From Abditibacteriaceae bacterium (lineage in GTDB: Bacteria > Armatimonadota > Abditibacteriia > Abditibacteriales > Abditibacteriaceae), in the NCBI GenBank assembly GCA_965277285.1, contig OZ255721.1, positions 224,001 to 288,000 of the forward strand: DNA of 64,000 nucleotides. Reading direction: 5' to 3'. How positions within the stretch are numbered: the stretch's first letter is position 1; each line of letters opens with the position of its first letter. Below, one piece after another: positions 53,648 through 61,591 of the stretch. A model generated the notes under the pieces. The model searched no databases and was not told the origin of the DNA. It worked only from the letters and a program-made list of their open reading frames with translations. Both the position numbers and the translations under genes were made by a program.

Positions 53648-53819
53648 CAAATGATGAATACGGAATGCGGAATGATGAATATCGAGTACTCGAAAGTAAC
53701 AGTTTGTCATTCTGAGTGAAACGAAGAATCTCACTGCAGTTAGATCTTTCGCTGCGCTCAAGATGACGAAGTTGTCAGTTCGACTTATTCATCATTCCGT
53801 ATTCCGCATTCATCATTTG
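53648..53819. repeat. Composite repeat: heptamer-array inverted repeat enclosing a palindrome copy and a REP-A doublet (53703-53767)
   Basis: CAAATGATGAATACGGAATGCGGAATGATGAATA versus TATTCATCATTCCGTATTCCGCATTCATCATTTG. Confidence 0.8.
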
Positions 53820-53841
53820 CTCGGTCGGACACTCGCGCCAC

Positions 53842-53883
53842 AGAAACGAAAAAGCGCGAGTGTCGAAAATCAACACCCGCGCT
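53842..53883 (-). terminator. Intrinsic terminator/attenuator in the rtcB leader
   Basis: AGCGCGGGUGUUGA-UUU-UCGACACUCGCGCU-UUUUCGUUUC; the two G-U pairs form only on the minus strand. Confidence 0.78.
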
Positions 53884-53914
53884 CTGGCTTCGCAAAGTGG
53901 AAGCAAAACGACGA

Positions 53915-54016
53915 TCACGCCTTGAAGAATAAGCGGCGGAGGAACGGGTGTTGAAAAAGTGCGGGCGCAAAATGGGTGCGCCGTAAGTTGGTTTTGGGGC
54001 CGTCGGGGTTGAGCAT
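53915..54016 (-). CDS. Putative 33-aa leader peptide MLNPDGPKTNLRRTHFAPALFQHPFLRRLFFKA
   Basis: AGGAGG-AACC-ATG, located between the promoter and the terminator. Confidence 0.6.
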   Translation of the reverse strand: MLNPDGPKTNLRRTHFAPALFQHPFLRRLFFKA

Positions 54017-54067
54017 GGTTCCTCCTGTCGGTTTTGAGATTCTGCGATTTAACGATGCAGAACACGA

Positions 54068-54096
54068 AATATAGCGCGCCTTCCCGAAATTGTCAA
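54068..54096 (-). promoter_or_regulatory. Sigma70-type promoter for leader/rtcB
   Basis: TTGACA-17nt-TATATT. Confidence 0.75.
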
Positions 54097-54187
54097 GGAA
54101 AATTCAATAATTGGGCGCGTGACAAAATCGCAATAAAAACATTATGTCTTTTGCTATAGTGATGTTACAAATGGAGAGAAGCTAATA

Positions 54188-55357
54188 ATGATTAAAACTT
54201 ATGATGGCAACGGGCGCATGGCGCTGAAGCCTTTGATGCATCAGACGAAGACGCAAGCGTTGCGCGACGAATTGAGCAGTTTGGTCGACACAATGCAGCC
54301 GGACGAGAAACTGCCGACGATGCGGCAATTGCAGGAATCGCTCGGCGTCAGCCCGATGACGCTGCATCGCGCCCTCAGCGAACTCGAAGCGCAACACATC
54401 ATTTATCGCCGTCAGGGTTCGGGAACCTATGTCGCGCCGCGCGCCGAAGCACCCGCCGAAGCGACACCAACGGTTGGCTTGGTTTACGACCGCGATATTT
54501 TCGGCAAGCAAGCCTCGCCTTTTGGTTCGATTTTAGTGGAGGAAGCGCGGCGTCGCGCCACGGCCAACGGCGAGCGTTTCAGCCTTTATCTGGCGCCTAA
54601 ATCCAGTGAAGACGAAGCTGTTCACGACGATTTGCGCGAGGCTGTCGAGCAGGGACGTTTGCGCGGCGTTTTGTACGCGGGCGAAACTCATGTGCGCGCT
54701 TTGGATTATCTGCTGGAAAACAATATTCCCGTGGTTTCGTTGTCGTATTTGCCGACGGCTTCGCATCGCGTGCGCATTGATCACGCGGAAATCGTGCGCC
54801 TGGGCGTTCAGGCTTTGGCGGAAAAAGGTTGCAAGCGCATCGGTTTATGGATTCCTCTGGGCGTCGGTTTGGGCAAAGATTCCACGGGCCATTTCTCCGA
54901 ATTGGACGCGTTTCGTGGCGCTCTGAAAGAGCACGGCCTGGAATATGACGAAACTCTCGTGTGGCGTGCCGATGAACATACCAGCGAAGTGCCAGAAGTC
55001 GCGGAAACCAATCAGCATCAGGGTTTGCGGGCTGCGCGCGAAGTTTTCGCCAAGAAAAAAGGCGATTCGAGTACTCGAAACGTGCCCGATGGAATCGTTA
55101 TCAATGACGACATGATGACGCGCGGTGCCTTGACGAGCCTGGCGAAACTGGGCGTTCCTATCGGCAAAGATTTGCAGATCGCCACGCACGCCAACTGTCA
55201 TTCGGATGTGCTTTTAGGCCACGAAGACGACCTGACGCTGATCGAAATCGATCCCGCCCAAGTTGCCGACGCGATGTTCCAAATGCTGGAAACTTTGATG
55301 AGCGGCAATCAACCGGTCAGCGATGTCGTTGAAATCAAACCACAACTGCGCAATTAG
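54188..55357 (+). CDS. GntR HTH plus LacI-type ligand-binding regulator (AraR-like architecture)
   Basis: KLPTMRQL..VSPMTLHRAL..RRQGSGTYV; PDGIVINDD; start uncertain. Confidence 0.87.
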   Translation: MIKTYDGNGRMALKPLMHQTKTQALRDELSSLVDTMQPDEKLPTMRQLQESLGVSPMTLHRALSELEAQHIIYRRQGSGTYVAPRAEAPAEATPTVGLVYDRDIFGKQASPFGSILVEEARRRATANGERFSLYLAPKSSEDEAVHDDLREAVEQGRLRGVLYAGETHVRALDYLLENNIPVVSLSYLPTASHRVRIDHAEIVRLGVQALAEKGCKRIGLWIPLGVGLGKDSTGHFSELDAFRGALKEHGLEYDETLVWRADEHTSEVPEVAETNQHQGLRAAREVFAKKKGDSSTRNVPDGIVINDDMMTRGALTSLAKLGVPIGKDLQIATHANCHSDVLLGHEDDLTLIEIDPAQVADAMFQMLETLMSGNQPVSDVVEIKPQLRN

Positions 55358-55361
55358 AAAC

Positions 55362-55451
55362 TAACCACCAAGACACAAAGAACACCAAGAAAAGCATCGG
55401 AGTCCAAAAGTACTTCGTTCCGTCTTGGTGTTCTTGGTATCTTGGTGGTTA
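55362..55451. repeat. Inverted repeat built from 9-mer units, between convergent genes
   Basis: TAACCACCAAGACACAAAGAACACCAAGA / TCTTGGTGTTCTTGGTATCTTGGTGGTTA. Confidence 0.75.
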
Positions 55452-55456
55452 ATCTT

Positions 55457-56038
55457 TTACACCAGGTCGCAGGCGTCGGCGGGCATCCAGTGGCGTTCCT
55501 GGCCGCGCCATTTCACGTTGCAGCCGATGGGATTGGTTTTCTCGACGGGCGGATTTTTGCCGTGAATTAATGCTTCAATGGCGTCGCGCAATTCGTGCGT
55601 GGTTTCGGCTCCGGGCGTGCGTGGATTGTCGTCCATACGGCCCGTGTAGCGCAGTTGGCGGTTGTTGTCGAAGAGGAAAAAGTGCGGCGTGCGCAAGGCG
55701 CCGTAGGCCAGCGCGACTTGCTGCGTCTCGTCGCGCAAATAGGGAAAGCGAAAACCCATTTCGTGGGCGCGCGCGATCATGTTTTCGTAAGAATCGTCGG
55801 TGTGATTTTCGTCTTCGTTCGAGTTGATGCAGACCAGAGCAACGCCGCGCTCGAGGTAATCGAGGTGCAGGCGCTTGATGCGATCTTCGCTGCCCACAAC
55901 ATACGGGCAATGGTTGCAAGTGAAGGCGATGATGAGAAAGTTCGCGTCTTTGAAGGACGCCAGCGAATAAGAATAGGCGTCAACGCCGCGCAAATCGAAG
56001 TCGGGCGCCTGGGCGCCGATGTCCAGAGTGAAAGCCAT
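55457..56038 (-). CDS. Thioredoxin-fold AhpC/TSA-like protein
   Basis: FTCNHCPYV, FPYLRD, TPHFFLF, YTGRMDD, GCNVKW. Confidence 0.9.
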   Translation of the reverse strand: MAFTLDIGAQAPDFDLRGVDAYSYSLASFKDANFLIIAFTCNHCPYVVGSEDRIKRLHLDYLERGVALVCINSNEDENHTDDSYENMIARAHEMGFRFPYLRDETQQVALAYGALRTPHFFLFDNNRQLRYTGRMDDNPRTPGAETTHELRDAIEALIHGKNPPVEKTNPIGCNVKWRGQERHWMPADACDLV

Positions 56039-56223
56039 AACGAGTGCTCCTTTGAGAATGCTTCCGTGATTTGTCACAGTTTACGATTCGCTTCGTCGCT
56101 CGTGCCGCAAATTGCCGCGCGCGACGAAATTTCTTTCCAAATGCGCTATGATAAAGGCACCCATTGGAAGGATGAAACGATAATCGAGTACTCGATTCTT
56201 CAAGCGAAATGCGCCAGGTTCTT

Positions 56224-57993
56224 ATGAAAAAATTGTTGATCGGAAGTTTTCTGTTAGCGGCTTTGCTGGTGGATGGCGCATCGTCGCTGCGCGCGCAGGA
56301 TAACATTTCACTAACTGCGCGTTCAAGCGTATTGACGACAAATGTCTTAACAACCATGCCGGTCAAGGAAATTACGGTTTTTAAAGACGGTTACGCTTTT
56401 GTGCTGCACGAAGGAACTTTGCCGACCAACCGTGATGGCGATGTTGTGCTGGACAGTTTGCCCAATCCCGTGCTGGGAACTTTTTGGCCTTATTCCACCG
56501 ATGCGCGGGCGCATTTACATTCGGTTGTCGCTTCTCGCCAGAGCGTGACGGGCAGCAAAAACGCCCTTGAAATCCGCGATTTGATTGAAGCGAATATCGG
56601 CGCGCAAGTCACCATCAAGGAAAGCGACAACTCGCTTTATTCCGCCACGATTTTGGCCGTTCCCGAACCGGATGCCGACGATGTTGCGCCCGTCGTTGAT
56701 AGCGTAACCTTCAACACGTCGTATAATTCGCGTGCGACGACGCCTGCGACCAAGGGCGGTATCGTCTTGTTGCAAAACGATAAAGGCGTGCGCGCTTTGC
56801 CGATGGAGCGCATTCAGGACATTACATTTAAGAACACGCCGAAAATGGCGCTTGCTTCCAGCGATCAGCGCAACGTGCTAACCATGAAATTGGACTGGCA
56901 AGGCGCGCCACAAACGTCGGCGGGCGTCGGCATGATGTATTTGCAAAAAGGCGTGCGCTGGATTCCCAATTATCGCATCACGCTGGATGGGCAGGGCAAA
57001 GCGCGCGTACAACTCCAGGCGACGCTCTTGAACGAACTGACCGACCTCAACGATGTGACGGCCAATCTGGTCATCGGTGCGCCCTCGTTCGCCTTCAAAG
57101 ATTCGCCGGATCCGATTTCTCTGCAGGACACGCTGGCGCAATTATCGCCGTATTTTCAGGAAAACGATGCGCGCGGCGGATACGCTTTTTCCAATTCGAT
57201 CATGTCGCAAAGCGCCGGTTACGGCGTGGCGAACACCAGCAGCAACGCGGTTTCGATGCCTTCGGCCATTGAAAGCGGCGCCAAAAACGAAGACCTTTAC
57301 GTCTTCACGGTGCGCCATTTGAGCTTGAAAAAAGGCGAGCGCATGACTTTGCCGGTTGTCGAGTACTCGATTCCCTACCGCGACGTTTACACGCTCGATG
57401 TCGGGTTCGCGCCGCCCGCAGAACTCGCGTCCTATTACGACAACGATCAGCAAACGCGCATGGCAGCTTTGATGAACGCGCCCAAAGTGATGCACAAAAT
57501 TCGCCTGACCAACACCAGCACGCAGCCTTTGACGACCGCGCCCGCGCTGATTTTGAACGGCTCGCAAGTGCTGGCGCAAGGCTTGATGACTTACGCTTCG
57601 CCCGGCGGCAACGCCGATGTCGACTTGACCAGTGCAATGGACATTCGCGTTTCGCGCAGTGATGTGGAAACCAAGCGCACGCCGAACGCCGAAACCTGGC
57701 AGGGCGATCAATATGGTCGCGCCGATTTGAACGGCAAGATTTCGCTGTGCAATTATCGTAAAGACGCGGTTGAAGTCGAAGTGACGCGCCATTTGCCAGG
57801 TTTGGTCGATGCGGCAACTGGCGGGACGGTCGTGCGCAACAGCATTTTCGACGATACGACGTATGCGCCCGCGCGCGGTTATCCCGATTGGTGGCAACAC
57901 TTTAACGGCGTCTCATCAATCACTTGGACGACGAAATTAGAGCCGCGCAAAGATGTCGATTTGACCTATCAATGGCATTATTTCTGGCGTTGA
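56224..57993 (+). CDS. Secreted DUF4139-like protein
   Basis: Signal peptide, ITVFKDG, YLQKGVRWIPNY. Confidence 0.65.
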   Translation: MKKLLIGSFLLAALLVDGASSLRAQDNISLTARSSVLTTNVLTTMPVKEITVFKDGYAFVLHEGTLPTNRDGDVVLDSLPNPVLGTFWPYSTDARAHLHSVVASRQSVTGSKNALEIRDLIEANIGAQVTIKESDNSLYSATILAVPEPDADDVAPVVDSVTFNTSYNSRATTPATKGGIVLLQNDKGVRALPMERIQDITFKNTPKMALASSDQRNVLTMKLDWQGAPQTSAGVGMMYLQKGVRWIPNYRITLDGQGKARVQLQATLLNELTDLNDVTANLVIGAPSFAFKDSPDPISLQDTLAQLSPYFQENDARGGYAFSNSIMSQSAGYGVANTSSNAVSMPSAIESGAKNEDLYVFTVRHLSLKKGERMTLPVVEYSIPYRDVYTLDVGFAPPAELASYYDNDQQTRMAALMNAPKVMHKIRLTNTSTQPLTTAPALILNGSQVLAQGLMTYASPGGNADVDLTSAMDIRVSRSDVETKRTPNAETWQGDQYGRADLNGKISLCNYRKDAVEVEVTRHLPGLVDAATGGTVVRNSIFDDTTYAPARGYPDWWQHFNGVSSITWTTKLEPRKDVDLTYQWHYFWR

Positions 57994-58023
57994 CAATGGA
58001 ATCGAGTACTTGATGCTGAAATT

Positions 58024-58109
58024 CAACGAACCCTGAGCGTGAGCGACGGGTGGAAAGTGAGAGTTTGTTCTTGCTCAGAGTTTCCACCCGTCGCTCACGC
58101 TCAGGGTTC
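58024..58109. repeat. REP family B doublet (REPIN-like)
   Basis: GAACCCTGAGCGTGAGCGACGGGTGGAAA IR; spacer homologous to the 47.3 kb copy in the opposite orientation. Confidence 0.85.
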
Positions 58110-58131
58110 CTTAGTCGAATAATATTTTGAA

Positions 58132-58578
58132 ATGACCGTTTTATTTACACCTTTGGGTTTGGCTTACGGTTGGCTTTATTCGGCGATTTTGCTGGTGCGC
58201 CCGCAGCGCGTGATCGTCGTGACTTCGCCGCAGGCCATCGTTAATCTGCACAGCGCGGTCGATGCGGCGCGCTTTTTTCATTCCAAATTTGAAATCGAAA
58301 CGCACCTTTTGCAAGACCCGCTTTCCGGTTTCGCCGAAGGCCGCACCTTGGCCAGACAAATCGCGCAAGCTGCTGATGCGAGTTGGGAAGGCGAAAACAT
58401 TGTCAATTTGACGGGCGGAACAACGGCGTTGCAAGATTGCGTGCGCTCGGTCGCCGATGTTTTACGCGCCAAGAATATCGACGTCCGCGAAGTCGCCGTG
58501 ATTGATCGCCGCGACGCCGACGAACAAAAACGCGTGCCGTTAGCTGTCGGTGAAATGGTCGAAGTTCCCGCAGCGTAA
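58132..58578 (+). CDS. Stand-alone CARF-like Rossmann protein
   Basis: VLFTPLG, VIVVTS, IVNLTGGT. Confidence 0.6.
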   Translation: MTVLFTPLGLAYGWLYSAILLVRPQRVIVVTSPQAIVNLHSAVDAARFFHSKFEIETHLLQDPLSGFAEGRTLARQIAQAADASWEGENIVNLTGGTTALQDCVRSVADVLRAKNIDVREVAVIDRRDADEQKRVPLAVGEMVEVPAA

Positions 58579-58608
58579 TTTATTCGGTAGTTCGAGTACT
58601 CGAAACTT

Positions 58609-59643
58609 ATGTGGATCAAGTTCACGGAATTGGCGCGGCGCGCGATTTTGTTGGCGCAGCAGAAAGCAACGAAGCACGACAGCCAGACCGTTGGTGTGGC
58701 GCAAATCGTGGCGGGCGTGTTGTGTTGCGAAGACAAGACCATGGCGCTTGATACAAGCCAAACCATGACATCTGAAGTGCAAAAAGCTCCTGCGAATTTC
58801 GTTTCACAGCTTTTGTTATTGAATGAAGTTGACGTGTCGTTGCTGCAAAGACAGTTATCGGCGTTACCTTTCGAGCGCTCTGCGAAGAAAACGGATAAAC
58901 CGCATTTGACACGAGACGCCAAGCGAGTACTCGAATTGGCCGCTGATGAAGCGCGGTGTCTGGCGTGCAGTTTTATCGGGCCTGAATTTCTGTTATTAGG
59001 CGCTCTGCGTTTTTCCGGGCCAGTATCGCTCGTTCTCGCCGACCATAATTTGAGTGTTGTTACCGTGCGGCTTCAACTTCATGCCTTGCTTTGTGGACGC
59101 GATACCAATGATGTGGGCGAAGTCGTTCTATCTGATGAAGTGCGAGAATTGATGACACAAAGCCAGCAGCAAGCGAGCTTGAGCGGCAACGGATTCGTCG
59201 GGACGGGACATTTTCTGCTCGCCCTGATTCTCAATGGCGAAGCGCGTCAAAGTGAAAGCATTATTTGTGTTTTGCAGAGCGCAGGCGTTTCGCTGCCCGA
59301 TATGCGACAGAAAATCAAAAATCGCCTGACTTCTGATACCAAGGTCGGTGGCGCGCGTCCGGCTCCAACTTCTGAAATGCGCCACGTCCTGGAGAATGCA
59401 AAAACGCTGGCTGTAAACGCCAATACACGCCTGGTGAACCAAGAGCATTTGCTGATGGCTCTGGCATCGCCGCCAAACTCGTCATTGTGGTGCAAAATCG
59501 CAGCTCAAATCTCTGGCAAGCCACCTGATTCGGTGGCCTATGACGTGTTATATTCGTGTGGTGTCAACGCCCAAACTTTGAGCGCGCAGTTGTGGCAACA
59601 CGCGCTTCAGAAAACCTCTCAGCAAGCCGGAAACGCGTTGTAA
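58609..59643 (+). CDS. Clp N-terminal (Clp repeat) domain protein without ATPase
   Basis: KFTELARRAILLAQ, AKRVLELAADEAR..IGPEFLLLG, VGTGHFLLAL, QEHLLMAL. Confidence 0.8.
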   Translation: MWIKFTELARRAILLAQQKATKHDSQTVGVAQIVAGVLCCEDKTMALDTSQTMTSEVQKAPANFVSQLLLLNEVDVSLLQRQLSALPFERSAKKTDKPHLTRDAKRVLELAADEARCLACSFIGPEFLLLGALRFSGPVSLVLADHNLSVVTVRLQLHALLCGRDTNDVGEVVLSDEVRELMTQSQQQASLSGNGFVGTGHFLLALILNGEARQSESIICVLQSAGVSLPDMRQKIKNRLTSDTKVGGARPAPTSEMRHVLENAKTLAVNANTRLVNQEHLLMALASPPNSSLWCKIAAQISGKPPDSVAYDVLYSCGVNAQTLSAQLWQHALQKTSQQAGNAL

Positions 59644-59678
59644 GCGCCGTTCGAGTACTCAAATGATGAGAAAACGTT

Positions 59679-60089
59679 ATGAACGATGATTTTTTGTCGA
59701 ACGAAAAAGACGAAGGCTGGATGAAATTAGGCGTCGCAGCGGAACTTTCGCGCGCTTATAACCGCGATGGGCGAGATTTCTTTCAAGGCTTGGTGTTAAT
59801 GCTTCAGAACGCCCTGCCAGAGGAAACTCAGGTCGAAATGCGCGGCGGCTGGTTCGCCAAGAAAACGCCGGGGCGCGTGATCGTCAATCTGGGCGAAGAT
59901 CGCTTGTCGCTCGAAGCGCCCGAACATGGCGCATTAAGTGCTGCGCGAACTCATGTCGTACGCGGCATCGCGCTGAAAACTGAAGCAATTGGCGTAGAAG
60001 AATGGTTGCAAACGCTGGGCGCGATTTTGGATGAACGCGCGAAAAACAGTCAGCACGCGCGTGATGCCTTGGAAAAGATGGTGTGGTGA
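59679..60089 (+). CDS. Hypothetical protein
   Basis: 136 aa with VVRGIALKT; operon-like spacing. Confidence 0.75.
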   Translation: MNDDFLSNEKDEGWMKLGVAAELSRAYNRDGRDFFQGLVLMLQNALPEETQVEMRGGWFAKKTPGRVIVNLGEDRLSLEAPEHGALSAARTHVVRGIALKTEAIGVEEWLQTLGAILDERAKNSQHARDALEKMVW

Positions 60090-60151
60090 TTTTGGCGGGC
60101 TAACAATTTTGGTGGGCTAACAGAGGAAGCCACGAAACAGTTAAGGACAAA

Positions 60152-60245
60152 TTCAAACTACCAGTTTGTCATTCTGAGCGCAGCGAAGAATCTAACTTCA
60201 ATTAGATTCTTCGCTGCGCTCAGAATGACAAACTGGTAGTTTGAA
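60152..60245. repeat. REP family A doublet in a 44-bp perfect hairpin
   Basis: TTCAAACTACCAGTTTGTCATTCTGAGCGCAGCGAAGAATCTAA, 6-nt loop, exact reverse complement. Confidence 0.9.
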
Positions 60246-60336
60246 GACTCTTCCTACTTGCTTCACGTGCTTTGAGGATGACAACGCCTTTGTCCTTCCT
60301 TTATTTCAGCAGCTAATTTGATTCGAGTACTCGATT

Positions 60337-61302
60337 ATGGGATTCCTCGACTTTTTGAAAGGTTCGCACGAAGATGATGCCGTGCGTCAGCAACGCGAGG
60401 CGCGTCAGGCCGCCAGTCTCGAAAGCCTCCGGCGCGGCGGTTTGCCGTTGAATGCGACCGAGCGCTTGAGCGAACAGGCTTCGCGTCAGGGCACGCCGCG
60501 CCACTTTTTCACCAGCGACCTGGATGTGAACGAACTGAGCTTGTCGCATCAGGTCGGTTACGAGCCGCTGGGACAAGTGATGGGCAGCACGATTTATCAT
60601 GTCGGCTGGCAATGGCAAACCATGGGTTGGCAGAACTCGTCGTGGTATAACGGCGTTTCGTCCGAACTCGCGGTTTTGACCGAAGCCTTTGCGCACGCGC
60701 GATCTTTAGCTTTGGGACGTTTGAAAGAAGAAGCCGCCTTGCTGGGCGCGTCCGGCGTCATCGGCGTGCGCCTGACGCATCAGGAATACGATTGGGGCGC
60801 CGATCTGCTGGAGTTCATGGCGATTGGCACCGCGATTCGAGAAACTGGCGCCAGTTTTTCGCAACAGGAACCGTTTCTCAGCGACCTGTCCGGCGACGAT
60901 TTCTGGCGCTTGCGGCGCGGCGGTTTTCGTCCTGTCGGCATCGCGGTCGGCAACTGCACGTATTACCAGATTCCCAGTTGGAACACGCAGAACGTCACCA
61001 ACGGCGGCTTTTTTGGGATGGGAAACTGGCAAAACGTTGAACTGCCAGACTACACGCAATCGTTGTATTCGGCGCGCGAATTGGCCATGACGCGTCTGGA
61101 AGCGCAAGCGCAAAGTGTCGGCGCCAGCGGCGTCGTCGGCGTGACAATGGAAGTCAAAGCCGAACCGCATCCCGTCGATATTAACGACCGCGAGCGCGTT
61201 GATATGATGTACCATTTCACCGCGATTGGAACCTCTATCGCGCCGCATCCAACACCGACGCGCGAGTTACAGATTATTCCCGTTGTTTCGTTGAAAGATT
61301 GA
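60337..61302 (+). CDS. Tandem YbjQ-like (UPF0145) domain protein
   Basis: Two repeats with FTSDL..ARxLA..GAxGVxGV..FxAIGT. Confidence 0.82.
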   Translation: MGFLDFLKGSHEDDAVRQQREARQAASLESLRRGGLPLNATERLSEQASRQGTPRHFFTSDLDVNELSLSHQVGYEPLGQVMGSTIYHVGWQWQTMGWQNSSWYNGVSSELAVLTEAFAHARSLALGRLKEEAALLGASGVIGVRLTHQEYDWGADLLEFMAIGTAIRETGASFSQQEPFLSDLSGDDFWRLRRGGFRPVGIAVGNCTYYQIPSWNTQNVTNGGFFGMGNWQNVELPDYTQSLYSARELAMTRLEAQAQSVGASGVVGVTMEVKAEPHPVDINDRERVDMMYHFTAIGTSIAPHPTPTRELQIIPVVSLKD

Positions 61303-61339
61303 GCGCTGATATTTTTCGCTCGGTTCGTTCCGATTCTAA

Positions 61340-61545
61340 GAATCAATTTGCAAAGTCCCAAAAACGCTTGTAAGTGGAAGTTTGTCATTCTGAGTGCAGC
61401 GAAGAATCTAACTGTAACGAGATTCTTCGCTGCACTCAGAATGACAAAGTGGGAGCTTAGCGGCTCTTCTTTCACTTTGTTTCCAACCTCTCAGAATGAC
61501 AAACTGCGGGTTTGAAGACGCATCACGATCTTTGCAAACCGATTC
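61340..61545. mobile_element. MITE family M copy with a REP-A doublet plus an extra half REP
   Basis: TAA[GAATCAATTTGCAAAG...CTTTGCAAACCGATTC]CAA. Confidence 0.72.
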
Positions 61546-61572
61546 CAAGACCCAAGATCAAAGACCCAAGAC
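61545..61572. repeat. Heptamer tandem repeat (CMAAGAY) x4
   Basis: CCAAGAC CCAAGAT CAAAGAC CCAAGAC. Confidence 0.75.
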
Positions 61573-61591
61573 CAATTAAGGAGTACTCGAA

